Assembly (NCBI RefSeq): GCF_001194135.2
Contig: NC_069006.1
Span: forward strand, 14,622,092-14,655,496
Length of the DNA: 33,405 nucleotides
Reading direction: 5' to 3'
Origin: Octopus bimaculoides
Lineage: Eukaryota
Part shown: positions 1-11,791 of the stretch, piece by piece
How positions within the stretch are numbered: position 1 is the stretch's first letter
Layout of the letters: each line of letters starts with the position of its first letter
Program-made: the position numbers and the translations under genes
Notes under the pieces: model-generated
The model's database searches: none
What the model was told of the DNA's origin: nothing
Seen by the model: only the letters and a program-made list of their open reading frames with translations

Positions 1-51
<51 letters not shown>

Positions 52-363
52 CATACATACATACATATCTATGTGCGCGCATATGCATATATATGTATGT
101 GTGTGTGCGTCTATGCATGTCTATGTATGTATACATATACATATGTGCATATATTTACGTATACTGCGAAAGAAAGGTAGATAGGAGGACAGAGAGATAA
201 ATAGACAGGTAAGCACGTAGGTAGGCGAAGGCATAGATTAGAGGTTTAAATGTATGTGAGGCTTTAAGAGACGCGGATGTGAATGAATAAGTTATCGCTA
301 AGGCAAGTCAATAATAGGATTCGCATTTGATCATCCCACCCGATCTTCCCCCTCTCTAGACAC

Positions 364-430
<67 letters not shown>

Positions 431-491
431 CACACACACATAAATGTATAGAGAGAGATACATCTGTACATATATATGTATTTATCAATAA

Positions 492-539
<48 letters not shown>

Positions 540-570
540 ATATGTGTGTATGTATGTGTATACATCTAGA
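1..570. repeat. Compound microsatellites (AT)n, (ATAC)n, (CA)n, (TG)n
   Basis: Directly visible dinucleotide and tetranucleotide runs at 1-160, 359-440 and 490-570. They explain ORFs 264..488 and 331..585. Confidence 0.95.
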
Positions 571-1029
571 TATATTTATAAACACATGTATGCGTAGGGC
601 AGGCGAATATGATGCCTTATAGAAAGGTAATGCCTAAATAACATCTTGTGTAATACTTTCAACAGAAATTGTGACATAACGGGCATTCTTTTCTCGACAT
701 TTTGCTGGGTTTAAAGGTCTTACTGTCTCTTTTGCTCATCAAATCCCTATATACTGATTTAGCTCTCCCCTACTCTAGTATGACAAAAGTATGTTTCGAA
801 GGGACTTGTTCTTGAGACATGAATTACTCATGTAGTCATCAGTGTGGTTATCGTACCCACAAGTGTCCTGAGCGTCCGAACATGGCGATGATAATCCTTA
901 CCGAATGTCCTCAAAACCGACTTCTTTGAGAGTGAAAGAAAGACAGCGAAAAGGGATAACAAAGAAAAGATGGAAAGCAAAATGAAAGAATGATCACAAT
1001 TCTTGACTGATATTTGATGTATCATAATA

Positions 1030-1194
1030 TTCTTTACTACTCTAGGCACAAAACCCGAAATTCTGGGGGAGGGGGCAGTCGATTGGGTCGACCCCAGTAC
1101 GTTACTGGTACTTAATTTATCGACTTCGAAGGATGGAAGGCAAAGTCGACCTCTGTGGAATTTGAACACAGAACATAAAGACAGACGGAATACC
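1030..1194 (-). mobile_element. SINE family A copy with alternative 3' tail (tail B), head truncated
   Basis: Core GTCGACCCCAGT..TGGTACTTAATTTATCGAC..GAAGGATGGAAGGCAAAGTCGACCTC matches the other family A copies. The tail AGGCACAAAACCCGAAATTCTGGGGGAGGGG resembles 32003-32035 rather than the tail at 1195. Confidence 0.85.
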
Positions 1195-1738
1195 TATTTC
1201 TTTACTGCCCACAAGGGGTTACGCACAGAGGGGACAAACAAGGACAGACAAACGGATTAAGTCGATTACATCGACCCCAGTGCGTAACTGGTACTTAATT
1301 TATCGACCCCGAAAGGATGAAAGGCAAAGTCGACCTCGGCGGAATTTGAATACAGAACATAAAGACAGACGGAATACCGCTAAGCATTTCGTCAGGCGTG
1401 CTAACGTTTCTTATTTCGTTATTGCCCACAAGGGGCTAAACATAGAGGGAACAAACAAGAACAGACGAACGGATTAAGTCGATTACATCGACCCCAGTGC
1501 GTAACTGGTACTTAATTTATCGACCCCGAAAGGATGAAAGGCAAAGTCGACCTCGGCGGAATTTGAACACAGAACATAAAGACAGACGGAATACCGCTAG
1601 GCATTTAGCCAGGCGTGCTAACGTTTCTTATTTCTTTATTGCCCACAAGGGGCTAAACATAGAGGGGACAAACAAGGACAGACAAAGGGATTAAGTCGAT
1701 TACATCGTCCCCAGTGCGTAACTGTTACTTAATTTATC
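1195..1738 (-). mobile_element. Head-to-tail tandem of SINE family A (2.5 units, 217 bp period)
   Basis: Unit starts TATTTC(T/G)TTA(C/T)TGCCCACAAGGGG at 1195, 1412 and 1629. The minus strand has a tRNA-like B box (TTCAAATTCC) and a core GCCTTTCATCCTTTCGGGGTCGATAAATTAAGTACCAG that resembles the Meta/MESC SINE domain from memory. Confidence 0.9.
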
Positions 1739-1775
1739 AAATGACTGAAACAAGTAAAAGAATAAAAGAAAAGAA
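1739..1775 (+). mobile_element. 3' tail fragment of SINE-like family C
   Basis: AAATGACTGAAACAAGTAAAAGAATAAAAG is the reverse complement of the family C end at 29410-29440 and 14152-14185. Confidence 0.8.
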
Positions 1776-3486
1776 AAAATATATAAGAGGTTTATATGCG
1801 CTACGTCGTTCGTGGAAGAAAATGATATTACAAAAAAATAAAAATAAGAGGTTTGTATTTATTTTCTCATCACAGTTGACTTAGTCGTTGTGGTCATCGT
1901 CTTGTTGTTTAAGTCTACACCCCAATGTTATCACCGGTTGAGCACATGTTCATAAATTCATATGAGATATAACAATTATAGAAATTTGTGCGCTTATAAT
2001 TGATTTTACGGTGCAATGTGTTCCTTTATAATTTGAAGTGGACACATTCGTTTTGATACAGTTTTAGCTGCTATTTCGTACTGGTCCAGCGACACCTTAG
2101 ACTGCCATTCAGTGGAACTCACTTTATATCTGTCTACACAGAAAATACTTCCGACATAACACGTCTGATAGTGTCCAGACTTCCTATTAAATGTCGGCGA
2201 AGGAAATTCTTGTCACCAGAAGAGAGTTATACGCTGAATTTCATATGCATGTATATACGTACGAATGCGTATATATATATATATATATNNNNNNNNNNNN
2301 NNNNNNNNNNNNNNNNNNNNNNNNNNNNNNNNNNNNNNNNNNNNNNNNNNNNNNNNNNNNNNNNNNNNNNNNNNNNNNNNNNNNNNNNNNNNNNNNNNNN
2401 NNNNNNNNNNNNNNNNNNNNNNNNNNNNNNNNNNNNNNNNNNNNNNNNNNNNNNNNNNNNNNNNNNNNNNNNNNNNNNNNNNNNNNNNNNNNNNNNNNNN
2501 NNNNNNNNNNNNNNNNNNNNNNNNNNNNNNNNNNNNNNNNNNNNNNNNNNNNNNNNNNNNNNNNNNNNNNNNNNNNNNNNNNNNNNNNNNNNNNNNNNNN
2601 NNNNNNNNNNNNNNNNNNNNNNNNNNNNNNNNNNNNNNNNNNNNNNNNNNNNNNNNNNNNNNNNNNNNNNNNNNNNNNNNNNNNNNNNNNNNNNNNNNNN
2701 NNNNNNNNNNNNNNNNNNNNNNNNNNNNNNNNNNNNNNNNNNNNNNNNNNNNNNNNNNNNNNNNNNNNNNNNNNNNNNNNNNNNNNNNNNNNNNNNNNNN
2801 NNNNNNNNNNNNNNNNNNNNNNNNNNNNNNNNNNNNNNNNNNNNNNNNNNNNNNNNNNNNNNNNNNNNNNNNNNNNNNNNNNNNNNNNNNNNNNNNNNNN
2901 NNNNNNNNNNNNNNNNNNNNNNNNNNNNNNNNNNNNNNNNNNNNNNNNNNNNNNNNNNNNNNTATATGTATATTTATTGAGACATACATATAGACATACA
3001 TGGTTATATACATACATACATATATATATATATATACATACATATATATATATATACACACACAAACACACACATAGAAGTGAATGTTTGAATAAACTTG
3101 CATTTATGTAATAGGTGCACATGTTATTTCTCTTTACATATGTGCATACACCATATGAAAATATATGTGACTGCGTATATATGTTCCCTCCCGGAAGACG
3201 AAACGGAAAATTATTGAAATACTTCATTGTAGAATTAATCATTAAACCATTAATGTTTCACATTGCAAGGACGCAAGTCAGTTTGTTTTATACTTTCTCG
3301 AGTAAATTCGTAATTGAGAAGATATAGCCAGGATACAAGAGCTGTACATTCCGCATTATTAAACCAAATTTGTGCTTTTTTCCCCAACCGTAGACAAGGC
3401 GTTTCCATCTGCTTGGCAGCTATACAAAGAATACATTAATTTTATGCTTTTTGTTAAAGAATGATATCAAGTATTATTAAGTGTGC

Positions 3487-3718
3487 TGTTGTTGTGCCTG
3501 TAATTCAAAGGGTCAGCCTTGTCACGCTGAATATCCCCGAGAACTACGTTATGGGTACACGTGTCTGTGGAGTGCTCAGCCACTTGCAANNNNNNNNNNT
3601 GGGTACACGTGTCTGTGGAGTGCTCAGCCACTTGCAAGTTAATTTCATGAGCAGGCTGTTCCGTTGATCGGATCAACTGGAACCCTCCACGTCGTAAGTG
3701 ACGGAGTACCAACAACAT
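3487..3718 (+). mobile_element. 5'-truncated SINE family B copy
   Basis: Near-identical to 19157-19348, ending GACGGAGTACCAACAACA. A 38 bp stretch is duplicated across the 10-N gap, an assembly artefact. It has a 12 bp deletion between TGTCAC direct repeats relative to the 19 kb copy. Confidence 0.9.
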
Positions 3719-4440
3719 ATATGGCACTTAAAGCACGACAAACAGCAGCCCCTCCGAAATATCTGCATGGTACGAATTTCGTACGAGTCCTACTTTGTTG
3801 ACGATAATATTTACAATGACGCACACAGATAGGGTTATCTTCAACTCAGAACTATAAGAAATTCATACCAGGGATAGAATACATTAGCACTATTAAAAAT
3901 ATAAACTTCTGGTTTAGGCGTATCCCTCTCGATGTAGATGTGTTTTTTCAGGTGATTTCAAGCGGTGTCTCGTTAAAATAGACGTAAAATTTCTTCTTAC
4001 TCTTCGTGTATAGAAATGGCAAATTAAGGTATACATCGATGCTAGATGGTTCGAAGCAATTGTAGTGGTCACTAAAAAGTCTCGTATTTTCCATCTTCCG
4101 TTTTATATATTAATTACATATCCAACGAACATTGAGCCAGTGAACGTACTTTACCAGCAAACTACCAGGTGTATACCAAACGATTTATTGACTTATAAAT
4201 ATAATGTATGTGTCTGTGTGCGTGTGTTTGTGTGTCTGTGTGTGTGTTTATGCGTGTGTGTGTGTGTGTGTATCCGTATGTGTGTGTGTATGCGCAGAAT
4301 GTAACTGAGGTAAAAAAAAGCATTACAAAAAGAAATTAAAATTATATCTATAACATTTATCATATATCTCATATTATATAAATTTATGCGTAAATAGTGA
4401 TACAATAGATGATATAGAATAATCGCCTTCTCAACATTCT

Positions 4441-4460
4441 AACAACAAACAACAACAATG

Positions 4461-4514
<54 letters not shown>

Positions 4515-4720
4515 GCAAAATCAACGACAATATTAATGATAGCAGTATAATAGCAATAACAACAGCAATATTAATAACAATAATGATAGTGTTAGTAATA
4601 TAAATAATAGTAATAATAAGAATACTAAGAATAATGAATATAGTAGTAATAACATTAATAACAATAACTATTAACAACAACAGCAACAGTTATGTGTATA
4701 TATATATATATATATATATG
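4441..4720. repeat. (AAC)n/(AAT)n microsatellite with degenerate trinucleotide flank
   Basis: Pure (AAT)n at 4461-4512, decaying to about 4690, then (TA)n. Confidence 0.95.
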
Positions 4721-5103
4721 TATATGTATATCAGATATAGCAGAATACAAAATGTCTTCCAAGAGAATAAAATCAGCGATAACATCTCTAAATTCATTGT
4801 GCTATTGGGAGAAGGAGGCGTGTGATAACATTGTATACGATAAAGTTTTATACCATGGAACACAATATCAACAGTCTGCGTATAGAAAGTGAATTGATTT
4901 GGAGATTTGCGTTTGTTTGTTTGTTTGTTTGTTTGTTTTTTCGTTTTTTTTTTAGTTTTTCATTTACAATTTTATTTATATTTATTTATTTATTATTTTT
5001 TTTTGAAGTGTTTGTCGTGTGAACTGACCTGGATATTAAAGCTTGTTCAACTGATGAACAATGTACATGTGTATGTTTGTATGTAATGCTTGTGTGTTTG
5101 CTT

Positions 5104-5134
<31 letters not shown>

Positions 5135-5256
5135 GATGTGTGTGTGAGACGAGAGAGAGAGAAAGAGAGCGGTTTTATATTTTTTCTTTCTATTACCGGT
5201 ATGTTTTTTTCTTCTACTGATGCGACATACGTACATCCATCGAACATATACAGGTG

Positions 5257-5282
<26 letters not shown>

Positions 5283-5287
<5 letters not shown>

Positions 5288-5370
5288 ATTTGTATAGTCT
5301 ATATATATGTATGTATGTATATTTGTATAGTCTATATATATATATGTATGTATATTTGTATAGTCTATAT
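5283..5370. repeat. 33 bp minisatellite, 3 units
   Basis: ATTTGTATAGTCTATATA recurs at 5288, 5321 and 5354. Confidence 0.9.
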
Positions 5371-5507
5371 ACATGTGTGTGTGCGTATATATATATGTGT
5401 GCGTGAGCGGCGCGCGCGCGTGTGTGTGTGTGTAGTGAGAAAGAAAGCAATTTACGAACAGATTCTCATAATTCTATTACTCTATTCCTACCAATATTAC
5501 AACTGCC

Positions 5508-5508
<1 letters not shown>

Positions 5509-5566
<58 letters not shown>

Positions 5567-5637
5567 ACAGCAGCAGCAGTTGCAGTAGTAGTAGTGGTGG
5601 TGGTGGTGGTGGTGGTGGTGGTGGCGGTGGTGATGGT
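5509..5637. repeat. (GTA)n-(GCA)n-(GGT)n compound microsatellite
   Basis: Directly visible. It explains the poly-V, poly-S/G and poly-T ORFs. Confidence 0.95.
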
Positions 5638-5949
5638 GTTTGTTTCTCTTATAATATTTTCTTTATTAACCGCAAGNNNNNNNNNNNNNNNNNNNNNNNN
5701 NNNNNNNNNNNNNNNNNNNNNNNNNNNNNNNNNNNNNNNNNNNNNNNNNNNNNNNNNNNNNNNNNNNNNNNNNNNNNNNNNNNNNNNNNNNNNNNNNNNN
5801 NNNNNNNNNNNNNNNNNNNNNNNNNNNNNNNNNNNNNNNNNNNNNNNNNNNNNNNNNNNNNNNNNNNNNNNNNNNNNNNNNNNNNNNNNNNNNNNNNNNN
5901 NNNNNNNNNNNNNNNNNNNNNNNNNNNNNNNNNNNNNNNNNNNNNNNNN

Positions 5950-7395
5950 CTGGGGTTGTGAATCTGAGCCCTCCAAGTCCTTTCTCGTTAATAATCTCTT
6001 GAATTGTATACGAGTGCAATCAAATGTACTAGTAAGCATATTTTGGGTCATTGTCTCTTTTTTTTAATAAAAAGCCAAAATTTTAGAATATTCTCTTTCA
6101 AGTTCGGTTTGAAATAAATAGTAGTAGCAGCTCTAATGATAATAATATGAATTATGGGTCTAGTTCATATATGGAAATAGAAGATATTGGAATGCCTGTT
6201 GCTGCGGGAATGGTTCTATCTGATAGCACGATGGAAATGGAGTTAGATAGCAATAGAAGTGATCATAATAAGCCTGATAATAGAATTAATAATAGAATTA
6301 ATATATGTATATTAGTCATCTTAGTTTGAATTTTAGTTGCAACCTATATTTCGATCGCAACAATTTTGTGTTATAAAACTCTTAGCACATTTATTTCCGT
6401 AAACATATATAAAAAGAAGTTCGATGAAATACAATAATCGAAAGAAGATATAAATAAAAGAAATAACAGTATAAAGAAATTACAGGCCAGGTTCAGTTTA
6501 GGTTCTCCAAGATCCTCCTGCTCACTAATTCCTCAAACTGTGCGAATGTAACCAAATGCTCTAGTAAGGATATTCTTGGGTCATTCAATTTTTTTAGAAA
6601 TGCCAGAATTTTAGATTCTTCTCGTTCAAGTTCGGTGTAATATCTTAGTTTGATTTTTTACTTAAAACCTATCTTTCGAGTAATGCATTCTGATTGTAAA
6701 ATTATTGTGTCATAAAATTCATATTGCGTTTATTTCCGTAGAAATATATAAACAGAAGTACGAATAAATACAATAATCAAAAGAAGATATAAGTAAAATA
6801 AATAACAGTATCAAAAATTACAGGCTAGGTTGAATTTGTTCTCCAAGATCCTTCTCATTAATTACTTCTCGAACTGTGTACGGGTGTAACCAAATTGACT
6901 GGTAAGCATTTTTATGAGACATTTTGTGTTCAAAAGCACCAAATCTTCGGAGTATTCTGTTGTAAGTTCAGTGTAATGTATTAGTCTGATTTATACTAAT
7001 GATCTACCATTCGCACTTTCTATACTGATCGTAGCAGTTTTTATGTTATAAGATTCATAGCACGCCTGTTTGCGCAGAAATAATTACAAAAGAAAAACGT
7101 ACGGTGAAACACTATAATTAAAAGATATAATAGTAATAATAAAGAAACAACGTATAGAATTAATGGCCAGATTAGATTTGGGCCTTCCAAGACATTCCTC
7201 ATTAAATATTTCTCGAGTTGTATACAATTGTAACCAAATGTACAATTAAACATTTTAAAAGATATTTAGGTTTTTTTAAACTATTAAATCTTCGACGCAT
7301 TCCGTTTTAAATTCAGTGCAAAGTTTTAGTTTGATGTTTATTAATAATCTATGTTTCTCACGTTGTATTCTCATCGTAACAGTTTTTGTGTCAAT
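5950..7395. repeat. Degenerate tandem array, about 4 units of 336-344 bp
   Basis: Anchor (C/T)TCCAAG at 5971, 6505, 6841 and 7185. Anchor AA(C/T)CAAAT at 6018, 6550, 6888 and 7232. The first interval is about 190-200 bp longer because of an insertion at roughly 6110-6317. Confidence 0.85.
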
Positions 7396-7429
7396 CTAAC
7401 TACTTAGGAAAATCGGTGCCATAACAGAC

Positions 7430-7870
7430 GCGTAATTTCATCTATTAAAAATAGACCATCACGGATCACGCTGTACTGTACTGAGAGAGAAGGTATGCAA
7501 AATTCTTCACGACATTAAAATGGTGAGCCCTCTTCTTTCTACGATGCTGGAGTGTTTGGGACATCGTCGAAACAATGTTTTTTCGTTGTGTCTTTTCCAA
7601 AAGTATTCTATCAGTCATTGCTCAGAAGAATTTTCCGGACTAGTACACTCTGTCAAGACTTTAAAAGATACGACTCGCTTCTCCTTCCAGGCACATTATT
7701 TCTTTGTTGAACTTCCTGTTAGTCACACTTCCTTTTATTTTAATAGTTTCAGTCTTCGAATTGCTGCTCTCTGGAATTCACTACTATCGTCTTGTTTTCC
7801 TCTGGTCTATAATATGCATTCATTTAAACGTTGTGTTAATCAACATCTTTGGTATATGTACACCTCCCAC
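7430..7870 (+). mobile_element. Decayed non-LTR retrotransposon ORF2 C-terminus (CR1/L2/Crack/Daphne-like group)
   Basis: LREKVCKILHDIKMVSPLLSTMLECLGHRRNNVFSLCLFQKY..HCSEE..TTRFS..HYFFVELP..FYFNSFSLRIAALWNSLLSSCFPLVYNMHSFKRCVNQHL matches the LxHRRxVxSLxLFxxY..CS..SFFxRxxxLWNSLPxxxFP..YNLxxFK pattern of CR1-group ORF2 ends. Confidence 0.85.
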
Positions 7871-7897
7871 CTACTTTTTCTAGTACCATCTGCGAAT

Positions 7898-7952
<55 letters not shown>

Positions 7953-7955
7953 ATA

Positions 7956-8183
7956 GAGGCGCAGGCGTGGCAGTGTGGTAAGAAGCTTATTTCTTTACTG
8001 CCCACAAGGGGCTAAACATAGAGGGGACAAACAAGGACAGACAAAGGGATTAAGTCGATTACATCGACCCCAGTGCGTAAATGGTACTTTATTTATCGAC
8101 CCCGAGAGGATGAAAGGCAAAGTTGACCTCGGCGGAATTTGAGTGGACTTGGTAGTCGGAAACTGAAAGAAGCTCGACGTATA
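7956..8183 (+). mobile_element. Composite: CORE-type SINE head and tail around an inverted family A fragment
   Basis: 7956-7988 and 8140-8183 match the head and tail of the copy at 23706-23866. 7988-8142 is family A on the minus strand. Confidence 0.85.
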
Positions 8184-9314
8184 TGTGTATGTATATATGT
8201 ATGTATATATGTATGNNNNNNNNNNNNNNNNNNNNNNNNNNNNNNNNNNNNNNNNNNNNNNNNNNNNNNNNNNNNNNNNNNNNNNNNNNNNNNNNNNNNN
8301 NNNNNNNNNNNNNNNNNNNNNNNNNNNNNNNNNNNNNNNNNNNNNNNNNNNNNNNNNNNNNNNNNNNNNNNNNNNNNNNNNNNNNNNNNNNNNNNNNNNN
8401 NNNNNNNNNNNNNNNNNNNNNNNNNNNNNNNNNNNNNNNNNNNNNNNNNNNNNNNNNNNNNNNNNNNNNNNNNNNNNNNNNNNNNNNNNNNNNNNNNNNN
8501 NNNNNNNNNNNNNNNNNNNNNNNNNNNNNNNNNNNNNNNNNNNNNNNNNNNNNNNNNNNNNNNNNNNNNNNNNNNNNNNNNNNNNNNNNNNNNNNNNNNN
8601 NNNNNNNNNNNNNNNNNNNNNNNNNNNNNNNNNNNNNNNNNNNNNNNNNNNNAGAATGTGTACATATATTTCCTTAAATGTGAACGTATGTATGTTAGCA
8701 ATTCTGTATAATTCTGTATATGTGTGTATACGCTTGGAGGTATCTGTGTGTATGTTTGGAAAAGTAAGAAGACTCCTGCGTATGTGTTTGTGTCTCGAGA
8801 TTCCTCTGTATTCCTGTACGATAGTCTACACAGCCAATAATATCCATTTTTTTTTTCTAAATTCCCGTCACGTAGCTTTGTAAGAAATGATGGCGGTTTC
8901 ACAGTCTATTTACACCCTCAGCCAAACCGTGCTACATTATGTTTCCCCTATGTCTATCTTGTATGACAGTGTGACACTTATTGTATACATTCGCACGCAC
9001 ACACATGCAAAAGCATATAAACATATATTCGCATCCTCTTTCTTCCTCTCCTCCTTTATTTCTCTCTCTCTCTCTCACTCTCTCTGTCTCTGTCTCTGTG
9101 AGACTTCCCTTACTCTCAGTAAGGCTTCCTTCCTTGGTCTCTCTCATTTTTGTTTAGTTATTCACATATACATACATTCACGTTTGCATACATAACTGCT
9201 TATCAATTGATCTATATATACAGCTATATATGTGCATATGTATGCTCATATACATACATATATAAGCACGAATTTACACACAAGCACACAAGCACATACG
9301 CCTAGATACAGCTT

Positions 9315-9371
<57 letters not shown>

Positions 9372-9682
9372 CCACATCTATATACAGGCATAAATTTATG
9401 AAGGGTTTTCTTTACTCCTTATGCTTTCCATCAGCAACGCTCCAGCCAGAAGGGGGTTCTAATGCTAGGGAATTAATATATGTGTGTATGCGTGAATGCG
9501 TTTGTGTGAGTGTGTGTGTGTTTATGTGTGTGCGTGTGTGTGTACGTATGCATGTATTTATAGTCATATACGTAAATACATAGACATATGCACATATATA
9601 CACACATACACACATATTTATATATATGTACGTGTATGTATGTATTATACATACAATCACAAATATGTTATATGATAACAAG

Positions 9683-10110
9683 TGTTCCTCCTTAAATAGC
9701 TAGGTAAGAAAATTTACCTCGCTCTCCTTATTCAAGTTATATTTCCCGAGCGAACTGCAACACGATCGATTTACAACAAACAATACTGTAAAGGTTAGTC
9801 TCAGCTGCATGCAGAACATGTTCAGAATTATCATTGAATATAATATCACAAAAGTATGTGAACAGACCGAAATTGAACATGGTGGACATGCAATTGCTGG
9901 CAGTACAGTTTTTGTCCTTCAGGAATGCCTAGAGAAATGAGAAATTCTTTATCACACTGACGTCAATATAAAATGAACACTTTGACCAGGAAGAGGGAAA
10001 TCACTGAGCGTTCATTCAAAAATCATCTGCACCAACAGGGGAGATGATTTATTTCTACCCCCTTAGGGAAAGAAAAACGAGAAATCACAACTCATCTTTA
10101 TCTTTTATCG
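9683..10110 (+). mobile_element. Decayed Penelope-like element, thumb/linker to GIY-YIG endonuclease region
   Basis: With frameshifts it reads LGKKIYLALL..FP..SIYNK/NTVKVSLSCMQNMFRIIIEYN..CNCWQYSFCP/xCLEK*EILYHTDV..EITERSFKNHLHQQ. This matches the PLE pattern IFNRNTVKVSYSCMxNM..HN..CNC..CPLxGxCL..VVY..GxTExxFKxR..H. Confidence 0.8.
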
Positions 10111-10201
10111 TTTATTTGTGCTGTAGCTCCAACCTGAATAATTTTTAGTCAAATGAATTGATACCAGGATATATTTAAGCCTGGTACTTATTCTATGAGA
10201 C

Positions 10202-10342
10202 GGCGCATGGCTTAGTGGTTAGGGTGTTGGACTCATGAACGTAATGTTGTGGTTTCAATTCTTAGACTGAGCTACACGTTCTGTTCTTGAGCAAAACACT
10301 TTTTCCACGTTGCTCCAGGAGACTCAGATGGCATAAATGAGT
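10202..10342 (+). mobile_element. tRNA-derived SINE family D
   Basis: A box TGGCTTAGTGG, B-box-like GGTTTCAATTC and CORE-like CTTGAGCAAAACACT. Homologous to 25940-26086 on the minus strand. Confidence 0.8.
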
Positions 10343-11213
10343 GATGATCTTGCGCGTCCATATAGGGAATATATACGTCATAGAAACCTAGTATTTAATG
10401 TATTTTTCATTTATCATATGTATATATATATATATATATATATNNNNNNNNNNNNNNNNNNNNNNNNNNNNNNNNNNNNNNNNNNNNNNNNNNNNNNNNN
10501 NNNNNNNNNNNNNNNNNNNNNNNNNNNNNNNNNNNNNNNNNNNNNNNNNNNNNNNNNNNNNNNNNNNNNNNNNNNNNNNNNNNNNNNNNNNNNNNNNNNN
10601 NNNNNNNNNNNNNNNNNNNNNNNNNNNNNNNNNNNNNNNNNNNNNNNNNNNNNNNNNNNNNNNNNNNNNNNNNNNNNNNNNNNNNNNNNNNNNNNNNNNN
10701 NNNNNNNNNNNNNNNNNNNNNNNNNNNNNNNNNNNNNNNNNNNNNNNNNNNNNNNNNNNNNNNNNNNNNNNNNNNNNNNNNNNNNNNNNNNNNNNNNNNN
10801 NNNNNNNNNNNNNNNNNNNNNNNNNNNNNNNNNNNNNNNNNNNNNNNNNNNNNNNNNNNNNNNNNNNNNNNNNNNNNNNNNNNNNNNNNNNNNNNNNNNN
10901 NNNNNNNNNNNNNNNNNNNNNNNNNNNNNNNNNNNNNNNNNNNNNNNNNNNNTATATATATATATATGTATATCGATATAAATTACGTTTATGAATTTGT
11001 ATTGCAAGAGTCCTGATGTGATATAGTTGTATTTTGGGATGGTCATTTTTTTGCCAAATAAACACACGCATTGTATATTTATTCTTCACCTGTTTATTAC
11101 TGTTTTCTACTAACTCATGTTCATTGTCCGGAAATAATTCATCACACATCTGTGACCTCTTCAGTGACACTTTTCGTCTTCTCGTGTTCTCTTGCTCCAC
11201 TTATTTCATTCTC

Positions 11214-11325
<112 letters not shown>

Positions 11326-11791
11326 AATATGCATCTATATTTGCGTAAGCATACGTATACGCAAATGTGTATCCATTATATATGTATATACGTACCCATA
11401 CATTTCTTATTCACTCATATAATGTATATACATAGATACTACACTCCCAATCATTTAGTGAAGCTAGTTTACATATGAGTATTAAGTTGCCACCTTCTAA
11501 AAGTTCTTCTTACCCAAGAAATACATGAAAATTCACAGCACGACAATCAGGAATTGATATTTTAATGAGAATTTAACCATCCTTATCATCATTATCATCT
11601 CATTTCTATATTCATCCTATCGCTCTCTCACTTCCTCGAGATTTCCATTTCATTTCTTATTTGTACCTTCTCTGACTTTACCACGAAAACCCAAGATACT
11701 AATACCTATGTCGTATAAATTGATCACACATGTCGGGAAAATGGTTGAGACGATTAGATCCATCGGTTACGAACAAGTCTATCATAGATAA

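Noticed and set aside
1195-1738. CRISPR-like array or duplicated 65 aa genes (ORFs 1280..1477 and 1497..1694)
   Set aside because: These are whole 217 bp SINE units without unique spacers. The ORFs are antisense read-through of the SINE core.
3552-3637. Direct repeat flanking a 10-N gap (similar at 30712-30820)
   Set aside because: This is the typical unmerged contig overlap, not a biological duplication.
6110-6317. Mitochondrial insertion (NUMT)
   Set aside because: The minus-strand translation with the invertebrate mitochondrial code is Leu-rich, but it matches no mitochondrial protein motif I recognise and contains a stop.
6850-6890. EKDLG motif suggesting CR1 RT within the tandem array
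   Set aside because: It is only five residues, is not followed by V/I-x-x-D, and is not supported by flanking RT motifs.
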